From Cyanophora paradoxa CCMP329 (Eukaryota; Plantae; Glaucophyta): 64,000 nt of DNA. Numbering within the stretch: the first letter of the stretch is position 1; the number at the start of each line of letters is the position of its first letter. Position numbers and translations under genes: made by a program. The notes beneath the pieces were generated by a model. That model had not been told where the DNA came from and did no database searches. It worked only from the letters and a program-made list of their open reading frames with translations. Of the stretch, positions 60,822 to 64,000 are shown piece after piece. Location of the stretch: contig QPMI01000469.1 of NCBI GenBank assembly GCA_004431415.1, positions 224,259 to 288,258 of the forward strand. Reading direction: 5' to 3'.

Positions 60822-63352
60822 CTAGTGCTCGCGGTCGTCCGGGAGGGGCTTGGGGGCGGCCTGCGGGCGCAGCTCGAGCTCCGTCTGCTCGGGGCCCGAG
60901 TCGTGCCGCCCGTGCTCGCCATCGTGCCCCGCCTCCTCGTCCCGCTGCGCGCACCCGCCATCACCCGCCCCGCCGCTGCCGCCCCGCCGCCCCGCCCCGC
61001 GCACCAGCAGGTGGTACTTCGCTGGGCCCTCGGCTGGGGCGCCGGCGGGAGGGGCGGCGGGGCTGCCGGGGCTGCAGCGCGCGCGGAGGATTGCAGCGAG
61101 GGGGATGGCGGGTAGGATGAGGAGGCCGGGGAAGACCTGGGGAAGGTGAGGCGAGGGGCGCGGGCGTGGGGGGGCGAGGGGGAGGGCGAAACCATGGCGC
61201 GGCGCATATCCATGCGGTCGGCTGCGGCAGGGAAGAGTGGGCGGGGGAGGGCGGGGCGGGAGCACGGCGCGGGGCACCAAGGAGGCCGAGGCCCTGGCTC
61301 CCGAAGAGGACGGCAGCGCCGCCGCTGAACATCAGCCGCGACGACGCGCTGTCCGTCAGCGCCTTCGGCACCGCCCCCAGCGCCAGCGACACCGAGAAAG
61401 GGTCTGCGCGGCGCGGGCCTCGCCGACGCGTATGCGGGGCGGGGCGGGGCGGGCGGGCGGACACTGGTTGCTCATGCCGAGGCCGGCGAGGACGAGGCCG
61501 GCGACGGCGAGCCAGGCGGGGCGGAGCAGCCAGAAGGCCACGAAGCCGACGAGGTTCGCCGCCAGGAAGAGCACCAGCATCCGCGCCGCCTCGAAGCGCG
61601 CCGCCAGCCGGCTCCCCACCACCCGCCCCGCCCTGACACGCCCCCGCGCCTCGGGGCGCGCTGGGCGAGGGCGGGGGCGGCGTGGGCGGGGGGTGCGGAC
61701 GTCATGGCGAGGAGGAAGAAGTTCATGTTGGTGGCGGCGGCGACTTTGGAGAGCCCGAGGTCGGCCTCCATGTGGATGGAGCCCCAGTAGATCAGGATCC
61801 ACTGCGCCCCGTCGGCCCCCGCCCCGCCCCGCCCCGGGGGCCGTGCGCGCGGGCGGGCGCGCCTCGTGGGAGCAGGAGAGGAAGACGATGGCGGCGTAGC
61901 CCCAGAAGGAGAGCGGCAGGCGCGCCCCCGCCTTCCTCCTCCCCGCCGGCCCCGTCCCGGCCCCCTCCGCGCGCCCCGCCTTGTGCGGGCTCGCGGGGGC
62001 GCCCCGCTCGCCCTGCGCCCCCTCCCACTTGACCCGCCCGAAGAGCGCCGCCACCACCCCGAAGAACGCCAGCGAGACTGCCCCCGCCCCGCCCGCTCAG
62101 CCGCCGCCGAGCGGCGCCCCCGCGGGCGGGCCCCGCACCGTAGATGGAGAGGCGCCAGCCGATGCTGCGGGGGCGGTGAGGGGCTGCAGCGGGGGGCGCG
62201 GGGCGGGGCGGGCACCGGGGGAAGTAGGTCTCCGAGGCCCCGACGAAGATGGGCGCGAGGTACGCGAAGAGGCAGCAGAAGACCAGCGACTCGGCCAGCA
62301 CGACCGAGCTGCGGGGGCGGTGAGGAGCGGCGGGGCGGGGCCGACCCTTCGAGCCGGTGGGAACTTTCACCGGTGGGCGAAGTGCTTGTCGGAGAGGCCG
62401 GCGGTGCTCGTCGAGAGGACGAAGGTGCCGAGCCAGCCCATGAAGAGCGACGAGCCCACTGTCAGCACCACCGTCCGCCCCACCGCCAGCACCAGCGCCG
62501 CCAGCGTCAGCCCGCACCCGCCCTGCCCCCGCCCCGTCGGACCGGCGGGGCGGCACGGGGCGGGGGGCCCGCGGGAGGCGCGCACCGTCCAGAACATCGT
62601 TTTGCGCCCCGCGCGCCCCGTCAGGAAGTCGCCCGTGAGGCCGCAGAGGACGCATCCGCTGGCGAAGGCGCTGAAGTGGAGGCCCGCGGTCGAGTAGTTA
62701 ATCTTCAGCTCGTCCTCCAGGAAGGGCATGATGGGCCCCAGCAGCGCCTGCAGGTAAGAGTAGTACGCTGCGAGGGAAGCGCCGACGCGCGAGTCAGCGG
62801 ACGAACGGACGGCAGGAGCGCGGGCCCGAACCAGGACCCATGTAGAACAACTGCGAGGGACGGGCCGGGGACGGGTCAGTGCGGTGCGCGGGGCCAGCGA
62901 GGGCGAAAAATACAAGGGGATGCGTTCATGCGTTAAATGAACACTGCCCGAAAGGTTTGACTGAGGCGCACCCACGTAAGGGCCGTTCGCTTGAGCTTCG
63001 GCTTTGGATCCTCTTGCTCTTGTCGTACGCCTCCTTCCGCTGCTTTACGCGCCGCCTCTGCAATGTCTATTCCAAGTTCGATGGAGAGGTCCCTCGAGCG
63101 TCTTCGCGTATGCACAACAAGCGTGGGCCCTGCGTCTTCCGCAGCTGACGCTGGCGCTGCAGCTGGCGCCGCTGCCTTCGCAAGTTCTGTAAGATCTTCT
63201 CTTGACCGCCTGCGCAGGAGCGCCGAGGGCGGCGGCAGGAGGGGAGCATCCGGCCGCTCGTCGTCCTCGACGGATATGGGAGGGGCGTGCGAAAAGTGCG
63301 CGGATAGCTCTCTCGACCGCGGCGACAGCCGCGGGGAGCTGGCCTCGGCCAT
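60822..63352 (-). CDS. Major facilitator superfamily transporter
   Basis: KRTALTW...AYYSYLQALLGPIMPFLEDELKINYSTAGLHFSAFASG, motif A GLTGDFLTGRAGRK, GWRLSI, LPLSFWGY, GRVVGSRL, and about 12 hydrophobic segments. Confidence 0.9.
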
Positions 63353-63571
63353 CGAGCCAGCGCGAATTCGCGTACTCCTGCCCGTATGGCTTTCGTGCTC
63401 CCAAGGGCACCCATCTTCAACCTTAGCAAACGTGCATTCGTATTCAACAACTCCACCGTGCGGATGGCGATTGATCGCAGCATTCCCGAATCGCCGGCCG
63501 GGCCGTCGGTAGAGGTGCGCACTCGGGGGGAATCGGGGTTTATGCGCGCGCGTACGGAGGATTATGTGACA

Positions 63572-64000
63572 ATGCGCGTTGTGTCGGAAGTGCTCCACGC
63601 GCGCCTGGGTTCTAGCGCGACGAGCTGTGGTCTGAGAGCGTGGCCCAGCGACGAGCTTTCGTCAGTGGCCGAGCTCGAGCTAGGCTGCGGACGCTTCGCG
63701 CTCGGTCTAGACGGGAAATCTCGAGCGTCAAGCTGTGTCTAATTCACTCGCCGATCTCGCTGCAGGACGTGAAGCAGGTCAGCACGCTTTCTTGCAAAAC
63801 CAACTACGGCTAAGCCCTTGAGCTTGCGCAGGCTGTGAAGAAGCACGAGGGCAAGCCGACCTTCGTGCTGTTCACCGCGAACGGTGGCGAGGTAGTCGAT
63901 GCTTTGCGCACCCCCGCCGTGTCCGTAATGCTTCTGACGAAACGCGCGTGGCGCCTGTCCAGCGCCCGTGGTGCCCTGGTGCGGCCTGGCCACTGGATCG
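63572..64000 (+). CDS. TXNDC17: Thioredoxin-like protein TXNDC17/TRP14 (5' part, truncated by window end)
   Basis: Short exons DVKQ|AVKKHEGKPTFVLFTANGGE|RPWCP| match the TRP14 pattern (AVxxHxGKxxFxxFT...WCPDC). Not in the ORF track because the exons are tiny. Start 63542 or 63572. Confidence 0.7.

Noticed and set aside
343-63993. Hundreds of long Arg/Gly/Pro/Ala-rich ORFs in the six-frame track (e.g. 36950-40039, 23946-26513, 3121-5829)
   Set aside because: They reflect the scarcity of stop codons at very high GC. They are antisense, off-frame or intron read-through shadows of spliced genes.
63739-63993. Minus-strand 84-aa ORF at the window end
   Set aside because: It is the antisense of the plus-strand TXNDC17 exons.

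Overview
Eukaryotic nuclear DNA, very GC-rich and gene-dense, with many short (about 50-90 nt) introns, so the ORF track is mostly spurious. Gene models below were spliced by eye. The organism is probably a flagellated primary-plastid alga such as a glaucophyte (Cyanophora-like). This is inferred from a cyanobacterial-type PSII S4-domain gene with an 'MAF...' transit peptide and no signal peptide, together with ciliary genes. Recognisable genes: C2+IQ protein (partial), USP35/38-like protease, four paralogous CEP164-N-terminal/WW genes, TMEM216, an MLKL/HeLo-like four-helix-bundle + SAM-like + CHORD-like protein, PSII S4/YlmH, CFAP97-domain protein, prefoldin 2, an EF-hand protein, a degenerate SNF2/RAD5-like protein, polo-like kinase (in a near-identical 3.96-kb tandem duplication, possibly an assembly artefact), MetAP1, NCA2/DGS1, a PPR-like protein, histone H1, a bacterial-like MFS transporter and TXNDC17 (partial). 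The 5.9-12.9 kb region is a mobile-element nest. It holds a DIRS/Ngaro-type RNase H remnant, a 2.6-kb element with CACAGCG (RSS-like) ends, a tRNA-derived SINE with a 12-bp TSD, and a hAT MITE inside a Tc1/mariner-like MITE. Best leads: the MLKL-like/SAM/CHORD-like protein, the CEP164-N-only gene family, frequent GC-AG introns with an unusual donor consensus, and the RSS-like transposon ends.
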